DNA of 64,000 nucleotides from NCBI RefSeq assembly GCF_001194135.2, contig NC_068990.1:59173386-59237385 (forward strand), given 5' to 3'. This document shows, in pieces, positions 12,553 to 25,125 of this stretch; positions within the stretch are counted from its first letter, which is position 1; each line of letters opens with the position of its first letter. A program made the translations under genes and the position numbers. The DNA comes from Octopus bimaculoides. Lineage: Eukaryota. The notes below the pieces were generated by a model. It saw only the letters and a program-made list of their open reading frames with translations. It was not told the DNA's origin and searched no databases.

Positions 12553-13195
12553 TTAACTGTAAAGCATGGGTTCTCAGAAATTCCAGGTTGATGTCTGGCA
12601 TGATAGAAGACCACTGGGAGTGAGGCACCCCTCATTTTTTGTTACAGTATGTCTCTTTTACCTGCTTTAAACCCATGCTACATCTGCTCTGATAATTGGC
12701 TATGACTTGGTCAGTGAATCCTCTGCAATGGTTGACAATCAACAGCAAGATGAGTTGCTACAGATCACACTATCCCAAAGTGTGTATACATGTGATTGGG
12801 GGCCACATTTGAACTTGTATTCCCACTGAAACGCCGAACATGACTTTTTGGTCGGAGCTGGCTCAATCCACTTCAAGTGAGTGCCACTGCAAGTACAACT
12901 ACTAGTAAGCTTAATGGTGACTGTTTTCAGTTCATAAACTTTGTCAAATGATCTGATTTGTGTCCTCATCAATTAACTGAGGGACGTCAGAATCAGGTGT
13001 ACTGGGAACTGGAAATGCATACATATCTTCCCTGCTCAAATATGCTAAATATGTACTTGTTGTGTCCAACTCTTCCTTTGCAGTTCAGGGTTGAGCTTTT
13101 CTTTTTAATGATGAGTGGTGTTATTACAATCTGGAAGATCACAGCAATTGGGTGTCTCACCAAGACCTGTATTTTCATATTTCCTTGTGCTCAAT

Positions 13196-14100
13196 GTTCA
13201 TGTTTTATCTTTTACCTGTTTCAGTCACTGGACTGCAACCATGCTGGGGCATCACCTTGGAGGGTTTAGTTGAACAAATATCTCTTTTGCTGAACTGCTA
13301 AGTTATGGAGATATAAAGTAGTAATACTGCTTGTGTGGCTAATCTATCTTTTACTTGTTTCAGTCATTAGAGTGAGGCCATGCTTAGGTGCCACCTTGAA
13401 GAATTTTAGTTGAATGAATTGACCCCAGTATTTTTTATTTTTTTAAGCCTGGCACTCATTCTGTTGAACTCTTTTGCCAAACTGCTAAGCTACAAAGACA
13501 AACATACCAACACAAGCTGTCAAGTATTGATGGGACACACACACCTATGTGTGTGTGTGTATATATATACTCTCTTTTACTCTTTACTCTTTTACTTGTT
13601 TCAGTCATTTGACTGCGACCATGCTGGAGCACCGCCTTTAGTCGAGCAAATCGATCCCAGGACTTATTCTTTGGAAGCCTAGTACTTATTCTATTGGTCT
13701 CTCTTTTTGCCGAACCACTAAGTTACGGGGACGTAAACACACCAGCATCGGTTGTCAAGCGATGGTGGGGGGACAAACACAGACACAAACACACATACAT
13801 ATACATATATATGACGGGCTTCTTTCAGTTTCCGTCTACCAAATCCACTCACAAGGCTTTGGTCGGCCCAAGGCTATAGTAGAAGACACTTGCCCAAGGT
13901 GCCACGCAGTAGGACTGAACCCAGAACCATGTATATATATGTATATATATATGTATATATATAAAATGGGTTTTTTTCAGTTTCTGCCTACCGAATTCAC
14001 TCACAAGGCTTTGGTTAGTCAAAGGCTATAGTAGAAGACACTTGCCCAAGGTGCCAAGGAACCATGTGCTTGGGAAGGAGGCTTCTTATCACACAGCCAT
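13196..14100 (-). mobile_element. Cluster of four same-orientation SINE A copies or fragments
   Basis: Tails at about 13196 and 13345, a near-consensus copy at 13570-13932, and an extra head at 13965-14100. Confidence 0.85.
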
Positions 14101-14371
14101 GATATATTTTCCCAAAAATAAGAACGCCATGATTAGATGACTCTGTTTTAATAAACTATGAGTTTGAAAATTTTTAACTAAAAGTCTATATTGGTTTATT
14201 TGGTGTGAGATCTATCAATCAAGCTAGCTGTGTATCAATCTGCTCTACTGAATCAGTAGTAAGAGTATTTGGGTTAAGTAAAGGTGCCATTTCCAAAGTG
14301 GAAATCACCTGTACTCAGTACAGTTAAAAATATGTTAAGTAGACAAAAAGAAATGATATAAAATAGTTTAA

Positions 14372-14591
14372 CTGTTTAACATTCAAACCAGCCATATCCA
14401 GCTAAAATATTCTGCCTCTTTTATGTTCAAACTCACCAGATCCAAAATTTCATACCTACTCTACAATGTCATAGTAAAAATAAACAAGCACATCATTGAA
14501 ATCTCAAAGCTATGAGATAATGTATGATTAATTCAAGACAATATAAATAGATGAGTATTAGATTTGATAGAGTAATCTGAATACTAAAGAG
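14372..14591 (+). mobile_element. piggyBac-type MITE
   Basis: TTAA-flanked; homologous to 12336-12552. Confidence 0.75.
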
Positions 14592-16451
14592 TTAAAATGT
14601 CTGTGGAATTGACACAAGACTGAGAAAGATGATTATGCCACATTCTCAGGTGTGTCAGGATGTTGTGCATTGGAAACAACAAATGGAAAACTGTTGCAGA
14701 AGCTGTGTAATGAAACTGATACAATACTTAATGCATTATTAATTACATAACATCAGATGAATTAACTTGATTTCTTCTAACTAGTAGGCTGCAATATGAT
14801 CAGCCTCTGTATGTTAGTTTTGCATATTTTATCACTTAAGGAAAGGTAACTGATACAATAGGCACAGGCGTGGCTGTGTAGCAAGACGTTTGCTCCCCAA
14901 CTATATGATTCCAGGTTCAGTCTTTCTGCATGGCACCAAATTGCTAGCCTTGTGTCAAAATTTGCAACCAATATTTAGTTCACTTCAGTATCACTACTAC
15001 CATTCCACTGGCTTCTTTAGGCATAATGCCAGAAATTGATTGGGGGTGAAAGTTAGTCGATTGTATGAATATTAGTATTTGATTGGGACTTTACTGACTT
15101 ATGAAGGTTGAAAGACTTGAGCTCAGCAGGATTTGAGTCCAACATAAACAACAGGAACAAATACTGCTGAGCATTTTGTCAGTGGCCTTATCTTCTAAAT
15201 GTTTTTAGTTTTCAACCTTCAACATCTTGACTAGGCTTATTTTGGCTTTCTCCCTTTGGATGTCAGACTCCATAGAATGAGTGCCAGTAATATAGATTCA
15301 ACAAATGAGGACAACCAATGTTGACAATATAGTGTTGTATTTTTATATTAAAAGCTGTTTGTTTAAGAAATCCTTCAAATTTTAATTAAATATTTTAAAA
15401 AAAAAACAGTTTTAAAATTCAGTTCTCTTGAAGATTCATAAGAATTTTTTCTTTAAGAATAGTTTCTCAAATGATTTTTGAAGATGGAAGATAATCATTG
15501 AAGGAAGAAGATTCTCAAGAATCTGGTAAGATGTAGGTAGTAAGGAAAAGGAATGGAAGAGTAGTGATAGTGGAGAATTAAGGAGATTAGTTGTGTAATT
15601 AATTACACAATGACATTTGGGGATAAAAGCTAATTAAAGATGAGTGCTAGAGAGTTTAGAGTTTGAAAGAAATAAAATGAAGTACTTCAAAATTTGATTT
15701 GAGGAACTTAAGCTGCTCCAGTGAAGTGGAAACTTAAGCTGCTCCAGTGAAGTGGGAACAAAGAAATATCACTTTGCTGACTTCATTGAGCCATGGCAGC
15801 AGGAAACGATGTAATGTTACATATATGCTAGTCCATAAACGGAGGTGGGGATGAAAATAGTATCAGAAGCTGAAGAGAGGTTGATCAAATAGTAGTGTTG
15901 GTCATGATGATGTTGAAGGCAATATGAACTATATAAAATATTTGCTCTATTTCAGTTAGGCTTGCTCTGTACTACAAACATATCTACCATTTACTACAGT
16001 AGAGGTAGAATGGCTGGATGAATAAGGTATTGGTCTACTTACTCATAGATCATGAGTTCAAATCTGCTATGAGTATTTTTTTTTTTTTAGGGTAGAACAC
16101 ATTGAACACAGCTTCAGTTCACCAAGTTGTTTTCAATAATTACCAGATTATGGAGGAATGTTACTTTTTTAAGAAGTAATTGATCTTTGCATAGCATCTT
16201 GTACCAGTGCATTTTACCAAAGCCTTGAGACAACTCAAGCCTTGTGAGTGAAACTGGACTGATGAAAACTGTTTAGAAGCTTCTTGTAACTTTAAGGCCC
16301 AGGCTTGTAACAGTGTATCATGCTGGTTCCACCAGAGAATTAAACAAAGGGTACACATATCTGTTGTATATTCAGCCACTTACAGGTTAATTCAATGAGC
16401 TGGGAGTTCAGTTGATTGAACTTCTGAAAATTCATCATCAATCTTCTTAAC

Positions 16452-16820
16452 ACACAGCCATGCTTCCCAGCCATATGGTTCTTGGTTCAGTCCCACTACA
16501 TGGCACTTGGACAAGTGTCTTCTGCTATAAGCCTAGGACCAATCAAAGCCTTATGAGTGGATTTAGTAAACAGAAATTGAAAGAACCGTGTTGTGTGTGT
16601 GTGTGTATGGATTTGAAAGAAGCTCATCGTGTGTGTCTTTGTGTCTGTCCCCCACCACCACTTGGCAACTGGTGTTGGTGCATTTACATTCCCACAACCT
16701 AGCAGTTCAGTAAAGTAGACTGATAGAATAAGTACCAGGTTTAAAAGAAAATAAAAAGTCCTGGGGTTGATGCATTCAACTACAATTCTTCAAGGTGATG
16801 CCTGAGCATGGCTACCAGCA
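16452..16820 (+). mobile_element. SINE family A
   Basis: Family head, central (TG)n and tail. Confidence 0.8.
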
Positions 16821-16835
16821 GGCCTCCATTTACTC

Positions 16836-17197
16836 TTATTACCTCTGCCTTAGCCAAGGTGAAGGTATTGTTTTCAGTCGTGTTTATTTGTCCGTCAGCA
16901 AGCTATCTCAAGAACCGCGGGATGGATTTGGATGAAACTTTTAGGTGTGTTTGGCCTCTTAACTGGCACAAACTGATTAGATTTGGGGATTGATCCTACA
17001 CTGGACAAGTTTTCCTGATTATTTTTCCTGTTTTTTTTTTTACCTAATTTTTGAGAGCGGTCAGGTTCATTTTTAGTATTCTTGTTTGTGAGAGCATTCA
17101 AATTTATTTCAGATATTTTCATTTGCAAAATCATTTCTGGCTAATCGTTGAGAGGACGTTGGTGTTGCTTTGGCAGAGGTTTGTGTTCTCTGAGCAC

Positions 17198-17200
<3 letters not shown>
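16836..17200 (+). mobile_element. Helentron/DINE-1-like non-autonomous element (HINE-type)
   Basis: 5' TTATTACCTCTGCC; subterminal inverted copy GGCAGAGGT at 17172-17180; 3' hairpin GTGTTC-TCT-GAGCAC; T-rich flanks. Confidence 0.65.
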
Positions 17201-17245
<45 letters not shown>

Positions 17246-17892
17246 CATCATGAATATGAAACCAGTGCTTCATACTGTCCTTTAGAGATCCTTTATTTTG
17301 TAGAAAGTATTTACATATGTTTTCATATATATGTATTCACAACTGTGAGTTACATTAGTTCATAACTAACAAATAGTTTATACATCATAATATCCATAAA
17401 CACTTTAACATTCAGTTTATCTGTCACATATAATGCTTATTGACATTGTTTTGAATTAACCAAGGGACAGTGAAATTGGACTGATAGAAACTGTTTAGAA
17501 GCTTCTTGTAACTGTAACTTAAAGGTCCAGCCTTATCACACTGTCATGCAGGTTCCACTAAGGAATTATGCAAAGGGTACACGTCTGTGGTATATTCAGT
17601 CACTTAAAGAAGTACCAGTTGAACTCTGGGATTGATGTAATTGACTTATCCCTTCCCCCAAAATAGCTTCAAAAGTTTGATGATTGTTTTTAAGATGACC
17701 TAGTAGGGTAGGTGCGAGAGGCCATATCTGGCCAGTTTGAACATAAAGCATGTAGAATATTTTGGTTGCATATGACAAGTTTAAATGTTAAAGTGTTTAA
17801 GTAAACATTTGATTAGATTATGGTAAAGTCAGCACTTAAATATTTGTGATGAACCAGATATTTTGATAAATATTGCACTCACTGCAATGTGG

Positions 17893-18105
17893 TGAGCTGG
17901 CAGAATTGTTAGCATGCAAGGCTAAATGCTTGGTGGCATTTCATCTGTCTTTACATTCTGAGTTCAAATTCTGCCAAGGTTGACTTTGCCTTTCATCCTT
18001 TCGAGGTTGATAAAAAAAGTACCAGTTGAACTCTGGGGTTGATGTAATCGACTTATCCCTTCCTCTGAAATTGCTGACCTTGTGCCAGAATTTGAAACGA
18101 GTATT
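17893..18105 (+). mobile_element. SINE family B
   Basis: gtgagctggcagaattgttagc...gagttcaaattctgccaaggttgactttgcctttcatcctttcgagg. Confidence 0.85.
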
Positions 18106-19794
18106 ACACTCATTGTGAGAAGGTGAAAACAATTAGCTTGAAGATTAATTCTGGCCAGACAGGTATGGGAGACAACTTTGCAAGGAAAATTAATTTAGAA
18201 TTCATTGGAGCAGGATTGAATCTCGTCTTTGATCAAATCATTTGACTAATATATAACTTAGAAGTCTCACATGAAAAGATACTAAATAGATAAGTTCATT
18301 AAGAATGTAAACTTACCAACCATGCAGCTCACTTTACTTACACCATTCTGCATCTTAGTAGATACACTGTGCTAAGTATGAGTCAGACCAGGTCAGATAT
18401 AGTAAGTTTGTTTTCCAATGTACTGAATGACTAGCGGTGAGTCAGGCCTCTTCACTAAATGTCTATTGTATTGTACAGTTGACTTCTGATGCAAACATGT
18501 TTGGTAAAGTGCAGGCACCAAGCAAGAATCAATAACTATTAGGATATTGTGATCTAGAATTCTTCTAATGAGTACTTATTTGTGTGTGTGTATGTATGCA
18601 TGCACACATATGTGGCATGAAAGAAGTAGCTATGTGGCCATGCTTTCCACTTACACTACTTAGCTATTCCTGCTAAATATATGTGTAGCAAGCATGACTA
18701 AGCTGTGAAGAAGTTTGCTTTGGAATCTTGCAGTCCCAGGTTCTATTTCATTGCATAGCATCTTGGGGCAAATGTCTTTTTGTAAAAAGTCTCAGGTCAA
18801 CCCAAGCCTTGTGAGTGAAACTAGGTTGTCAGAAATCGTGTAGAAGCTTGCTGGATGTAAACTGTGCTTGTAATTCAAAGATCCATCCTTGTCACATAAT
18901 TTGTTACACTGATTTCAACATGAGAATTACATGAGAATGTGTCTGTGATATACATAGGAAACTTTTGAGTTGGCCACTCCATTGATTGAACAGCTCAGTT
19001 GCAGGATCTGTCACATGTTTACATATACACACACAAGTATCTCTGTGTGTGTATATAGAATAGAAGTACTAAGCAGTGATGTGTATAAATACAAACTCGT
19101 TAGCTGTTCAAATATTCTTGGGGCATATTCAAACTTGTAAGGAAGCCATTCACTGTATTTAGTTATGGAGAAAATTTATTGCTGTAGACAAGTAGGTGTA
19201 AACACACCAAGTCAGTTTGAAGTGCTCTCTAACTAGACTGAGGGATACATGTATTTTGGAATGGTTATCTCTTCTTCAGCATCAGATACCAGAAAGGGGA
19301 ATGCTACAAACTGACAAGAGTTGGATATCTCTCATTATGTTCTTGACTTCGCACTGTGACTGGTTGTGTCAGTCAGTGGCTCACCATAAATAAAATATGG
19401 AGTAGAAGCACTAATCAGTTATGTGTATAAATATAATCTTGTTGCCAGTTGAAATATGCTTGTATATAGAATATATATATAAAATCATTGTTCCCATTTA
19501 ATGTCCATTTTCCAAGCTGACAGGAATTAGATGGTTTAGCAGGAGGTGGCATACCAGAGGACTGCATCAAGCCCTACTGACATATATATGCAATTATCAT
19601 TGTATTACACCTGCTTTCCATACTGGCATGGGTTGGATGGGTGATTACTATTCTTCTAAATTGATTTTGGTTGGAAGGCCATATCTCACTCATAAGTTTC
19701 ATGTTGGTTTAGTTTTATGGCTAGATGCCTTTGTAACACATGCTCATTCATACATACATACACACATATATATATGTATTAAGATGTATATATG

Positions 19795-20070
19795 AACAGA
19801 CAAACGTGTGTATTATGGACATGTAATTAGAATGTCAGAGGAAAGTATTGCAAGACAGATCCTTCAAACTGAACCAACTCACTGGAGCCTCAAGATTAGA
19901 CTAAGAACAAAGTGGTTGGATAATATTCATTGTCTCAGTTGGTCATGCTTGATAATCTGGCCAAAAAGTCTGACTGTCCCTTGTGAAAGGACCCTTTGTA
20001 GCAGGTGCCTGAGATCTCTGCCTTCACAACCCTCCCAGGAATAGTGAGTAGAGAAGATGGATGGATAGTA
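19795..20070 (+). mobile_element. RTE-clade LINE 3' end (RT C-terminus)
   Basis: Translates YYGHVIRMSEESIARQILQTEP....RLRTKWLDNI, matching the RTE WxGHVxRM...RPRxRWxD motif. Confidence 0.75.
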
Positions 20071-20859
20071 TATTCTACAAAATGTTAACAGTTGTTTCTT
20101 TTAGAATTTATTCTGGAAACAAGAATGGAACATTATTATAGATATATTTCTAGAAACCATAAATGGACCATTACTATTAAAAGCATATTCAAGAAAATGT
20201 TCAGGGATTTATACTAAGACAGTTTTACTGTTCAAGTCAACGTGGAAATTAAGCCTCTATGTTGTCACTTGATCTAGAAATAGCAACCAAATCTCCTTCA
20301 AATTCAATTACACCGTCATGAAAGCAGAAGAACAAATTATCTGGGGTGGGGGTGATATACAGAAATAACAAAATGGTCACACATGAAATATATTCGATGA
20401 TGGATAAAGGCTGAACTAGGAGTAAATAACAAGGCATAGTATTGGAAATTTTCATTCATTAATCTGTACTATTAAAGTACATTTCTCTACAACAAGGCGT
20501 ATAGTACATTCTGAGTCGATTCTTTCACACATTCAACACAACTTTACCACATACCCCACCCCAGTGCAAGCGTGCATCATAATTAAATTATATTCCACTA
20601 CAATTTCTTACTATATATATATGATATATGATATATTAATTATAATAATAATAATCTACATAGCATTTCCATGCAGTAAAATGAATGGTAATAACCAGGT
20701 AAGCTTTATATAAATAGCATTACCAAAATAGTAGAGTCAGTGCTGGCATACATTTATTTAGTTCCTGCTAACCCCAACAATTAACAACAGTCCCACTACC
20801 ATCACCTTCATGATGACCGACATTTGAAATAGAACCAAGTAGCATGGACCTTGGTGCCA

Positions 20860-21375
20860 CTGGAATGACTACTGTTGTCATCACTACCATGATGACTGGG
20901 TAATACCACCACCACCACCACCATCACCACCACTGCAAATGTGTGCAGAACATTAATCATATTTTTCATCACTACTAACTGTTGTTGCTTCTATTCTCTA
21001 CCCTCCACCCCATCCCCCCACTATCATCATCACCACTACCACAGACTCCATCACCACTGCTGCTACTGCCCCACCTCCCATCCAGCCCTGCTCCATTGCC
21101 ATCACTACTTCCCATACCACCACCACCACCACTGCTACTGCTACTACTGTCCCCTTCACCACCACATCTGCTTTCATCACTTTTCATGCCCCCCCACCAC
21201 CACTACCACCAGCACTGCTACTACTATTACCACCACCTCCACCATCGTTACAAACCCATTGTTTCTCACTACCTGCATCTTCATCACCACCACCACCACC
21301 ACTACCGGCTCCATCTACCACCACAACCAATGACTACCTTCATCAGCATCACAGCTTCCTTGTCACTATCACTAT
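20860..21375. repeat. Degenerate trinucleotide array (ACC/ACT/CAT)
   Basis: About 500 bp of low-complexity sequence. Confidence 0.95.
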
Positions 21376-21906
21376 CAGCATTCTTTTACGGGGGGTTTTA
21401 GTCATTAGACTATGGCCATGCTGGGGCACTACCTTGAAGTGTTTAGTCAATCAAATCAATCCCAGTACTTACTTTTAAGCCTGGCACTTATTCTATTGGT
21501 GTCTTTTTGCCGAACTGCCAAGTTACAAGGACATAAACAAACCAATGACAGTTGTCAAGTGGTGGTAGAACACACATTTACATACATGCATACATACATA
21601 CATACATACGAACACAAATAGCTTGAGGTTCATTACAACCATTTCAGATGCGCTTTTTTTTTTATTGATGAACAAATTAATTACATCATGAAAAAGCAGT
21701 TTTCTTCAGGTGAATAAAAATTTAAATCCCAAATTTAACATTTATATTGATCTGATCTGTGATTGTGTAGTAAGTTGCAGGACAAGTCCGTATATAACTT
21801 AGTACATGTGTGAGTGTCCATATATATTGTTGGCATATAGATATGCTATTCTCAACCCTAACTTGGTGCCCTTATTATTAAAATACCTTGATTCAATTAG
21901 ATCCTG

Positions 21907-21947
<41 letters not shown>

Positions 21948-21949
<2 letters not shown>

Positions 21950-22275
21950 GTTGGTGGTTAGAGAGAGAGCATTGGGCTCACAATCATGAGATAGTTAGTT
22001 TGATTCCGGGACGAAGCTGTGTTGTGTTCTTGAGCAAGACACTTTATTTCATGTTGCTCCAGTTCATTCAGCTGTAGAAATGAGTTGTGGCGTTGCTGGT
22101 GCTAAGCAGTATTGGCATTTCCCTTGGATAACATTGATGGCATGGAGAGGAGAGGTTGGTATGCATGGGTGACTGCTGGTCTTCCATGAACAACCTTGCC
22201 CAGACTCGTGCCTCGAAGGGAAACTTTCTAGGTGCAATCCCATGGTCATTCATGACCAAAGGGGGTCTTTACCCT
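21948..22275 (+). mobile_element. SINE family H
   Basis: tRNA-like head, CORE-like gagcaagacactttatttcatgttgctccag, family tail. Confidence 0.85.
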
Positions 22276-22345
22276 TTGTATGAATATACATATACATATA
22301 TATATATATATAATGTGTGTGTGTGATGGGCTTCTTCTAGTTTCC

Positions 22346-22570
22346 TATTTCTTTATTGCCCACAAGGGGCTAAACATAGAGTGGACAAACAAGTACAAAG
22401 GGATTAAGTCGATTACATCGACCCCAGTACATAACTGGTACTTAATTTATCGACCCCAAAAGGATGAAAGACAAAGTCAACCTCAGTGGAATTTGAACTC
22501 AGAACGTAACGGCAGACGAAATGCCGCTAAGCATTTCACTTGGCGTGCTAACGTTTTTGCCAGCTCACCG
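22346..22570 (-). mobile_element. SINE family B inserted into a SINE A head
   Basis: Near-consensus copy; 15-bp TSD CTTCTT(C/T)TAGTTTCC at 22331-22345 and 22571-22585. Confidence 0.9.
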
Positions 22571-23167
22571 CTTCTTTTAGTTTCCATCTGCCAAATCCAG
22601 TCACAAAGAGGAGATTGTGTTTCCCTTTTCTTTAATGCAAACTCAAATTTAGCCTAAACACCCTGTATTTATATAATGTTTGGCTTCCTCTTAGTTGCCA
22701 TCTCTCAGACTCACTCACAAGGAAGTTAGAGGTAGTGTAGGAAAATAATTTGACAGTAAAGGTAGAGAAAGAGTGTAGAGTGGATGTCAGAAATAATAGG
22801 AGAGAGAGAGAGAGAGAGAGAGATCAGAAAAAAAAAAAGAATACTTTAGAAGGTTATAAGACTGCAAGAAATAGACTGGTTAGAGAAAAATAAGATAAAG
22901 AAAAGGAGAAAGTAGGAGATATGAATAGTGATCTTTGAGCGAGAGAGAGAGAGAGAGAAAGGAACACTGATAGTTAATGGGGACAGATGAGAAAGAGAGG
23001 GAAACCCTGAAAGTTAATGGAGGTAGATAAGAGAGTGAGAGAAAGAGAGAGAGACTTGTTATATACTTTTTTATCTAATTTGGTGGCTATTTTTCTAACA
23101 TTAGATAATGCTGGAACTCTAGGATTTCTGTTGGTCAGACTTCAGTTTTGAAGAATGTTCTTTTATT

Positions 23168-23261
<94 letters not shown>

Positions 23262-23668
23262 CACACGTATACGTGTGTATATAAATATATATGTATATCT
23301 GTATATAGACGTAAAACATTCACAACACTGTGGTTTGCTGCCTAGAACTTATTAATCGACTGGAACTGGTTGCAATCAATTCTTGACTTCCTGGTAATTG
23401 TAGATTCTTCAGTAAATTGTTCTAGTTGATTCCACTTGAATTCTGTCACGATTACTGGTCAATTCAGTCGACATTAATAACTGGTTATTTCAACAGGGAT
23501 CAACAGCAATTGAACACTTTTTCACTTCTCCATGGCAAATACAATTGCCCATAGTTGATTATTAGGAACTCCATCCAAACTAAAAGCTTGGCTCCTTTGT
23601 ACAAGCATTCAATGTTTTTTTTTTTTTAAGTCAGGTATTCTTGTTGAATTTGGTTCTAAATCATGTGC

Positions 23669-24057
23669 TGTTGTTGTTGTTGGCACTCCGTCGCTTACGA
23701 CGTCAAGGGTTCCAGTTGATCCGATCAACAGAACAGCCTGCTCGTGAAATTAACATGCAAGTGGCTGAGCACTCCACAGACACGTGTACCCTTAACATAG
23801 TTCTCGGGGATATTCAGCGTGACACAGTGTGACAAGGCTGACCCTTTGAAATACAGGCACAACAGAAACAGGAAGTAAGAGTGAGAGAAAGTTGTGGTGA
23901 AAGAGTACAGCAAGGTTCGCCACCATCCCCTGCCGGAGCCTCATGGAGCTTTAGGTGTTTTTGCTCAATAAACACTCACAACGCCCAGTCTGGGAATCGA
24001 AACCGTGATCCTATGATCGTGAGTCTGCTGCCCTAACCACTGGGCCATTGCGCCTCC
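23669..24057 (-). mobile_element. tRNA-derived SINE, family D, full length
   Basis: Head ggaggcgcaatggcccagtggttagggcagcagactc...ggtttcgattccc, tail ...cgacggagtgcc(aac)n. Confidence 0.9.
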
Positions 24058-24819
24058 TTAATCGTGCTATGAATACATCTTATTGCAGTTCAATGGAGGC
24101 AAGTGTTTGTGAATTTAAAGTTTAATGTGTAAACTTCAAGCTGTTACACTCATAGGCAAAGCACTTTACATTTTGTTCAATGAAATCACTTCTTATAATT
24201 GAGTTGTTGGTTTTAGGCAAAGAAACCAGTTGAGTCTCAACTCCAACACCACCTTCAGAGAATTTATGGGGAAAAATAAAGTTTATATATAAATTAGAAT
24301 AGAGAGAGAGAGAGAGAGAGAGAGAGCCTTGATATAGTTGTTAACCTGCCAGAAAAAGCCCAATCATCCTCAAATCATACCCTGTTGTTTTAAAGGCGGT
24401 GAGACACATTCAATATGTGGAACAGACACAGCTGGAACACATTTGAGGTTTATTCCATCAGGGCTGCCAACAACAAAAGATGGAAATAAATTAAGCAGTA
24501 GAGAAAGTGAGTACACTATATCCAGGCTGTCAGATCGCATGCAACACAGTTACTGTATATCAGTGTGTAGAGTGTATATCTGGGTAGGGACATAGGATAT
24601 CTGAAATTATGATACTATGGATTGCACCTTGTTTTTTTTGTTTTCGACTGAAGAAGGGCATTATTATGAAAAGCCATCAAACAAAACTTCAGAAAAATAA
24701 ATTACATAGAATTGAGAGACATGGACATGGATATATTGCAGTGCTTATATAACATACTCGCATTGAAAAACTGATAATGGAGGTGGAATGATTATCTCAT
24801 ACTTATTTTTTTACCTTTT

Positions 24820-25125
24820 AACTGTTTCAATTAATAGACTGTGGTCATGCTGTACTTCTTTTTTTTTAAGCCTTGTACTTATTCTATCCCTATCTTTTAC
24901 TGGACCACTTGGTTACATGGACATAAACAAACCAACACTGATTGTCATGCAGTGGTGAGGACAGACACACACATAATGGGCTTCTTTCAGTTTCTGTCTA
25001 CTAAGTCCACTTACAAGGCACTTTGGTTGGCCCAGGGTTATAGTAGAAGACACTTTCTCAAGTGGGACTGAAGACAGAACCATATGGTTGAGAAGCAAGC
25101 TTCTTAGGATACAACCATGCTTGTG
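24820..25125 (-). mobile_element. SINE family A, diverged
   Basis: Family head and tail motifs. Confidence 0.75.

Noticed and set aside
24646-24685. CTGAAGAAGGGC hammerhead-like half core
   Set aside because: No matching stem II-GAAA or stem III follows.
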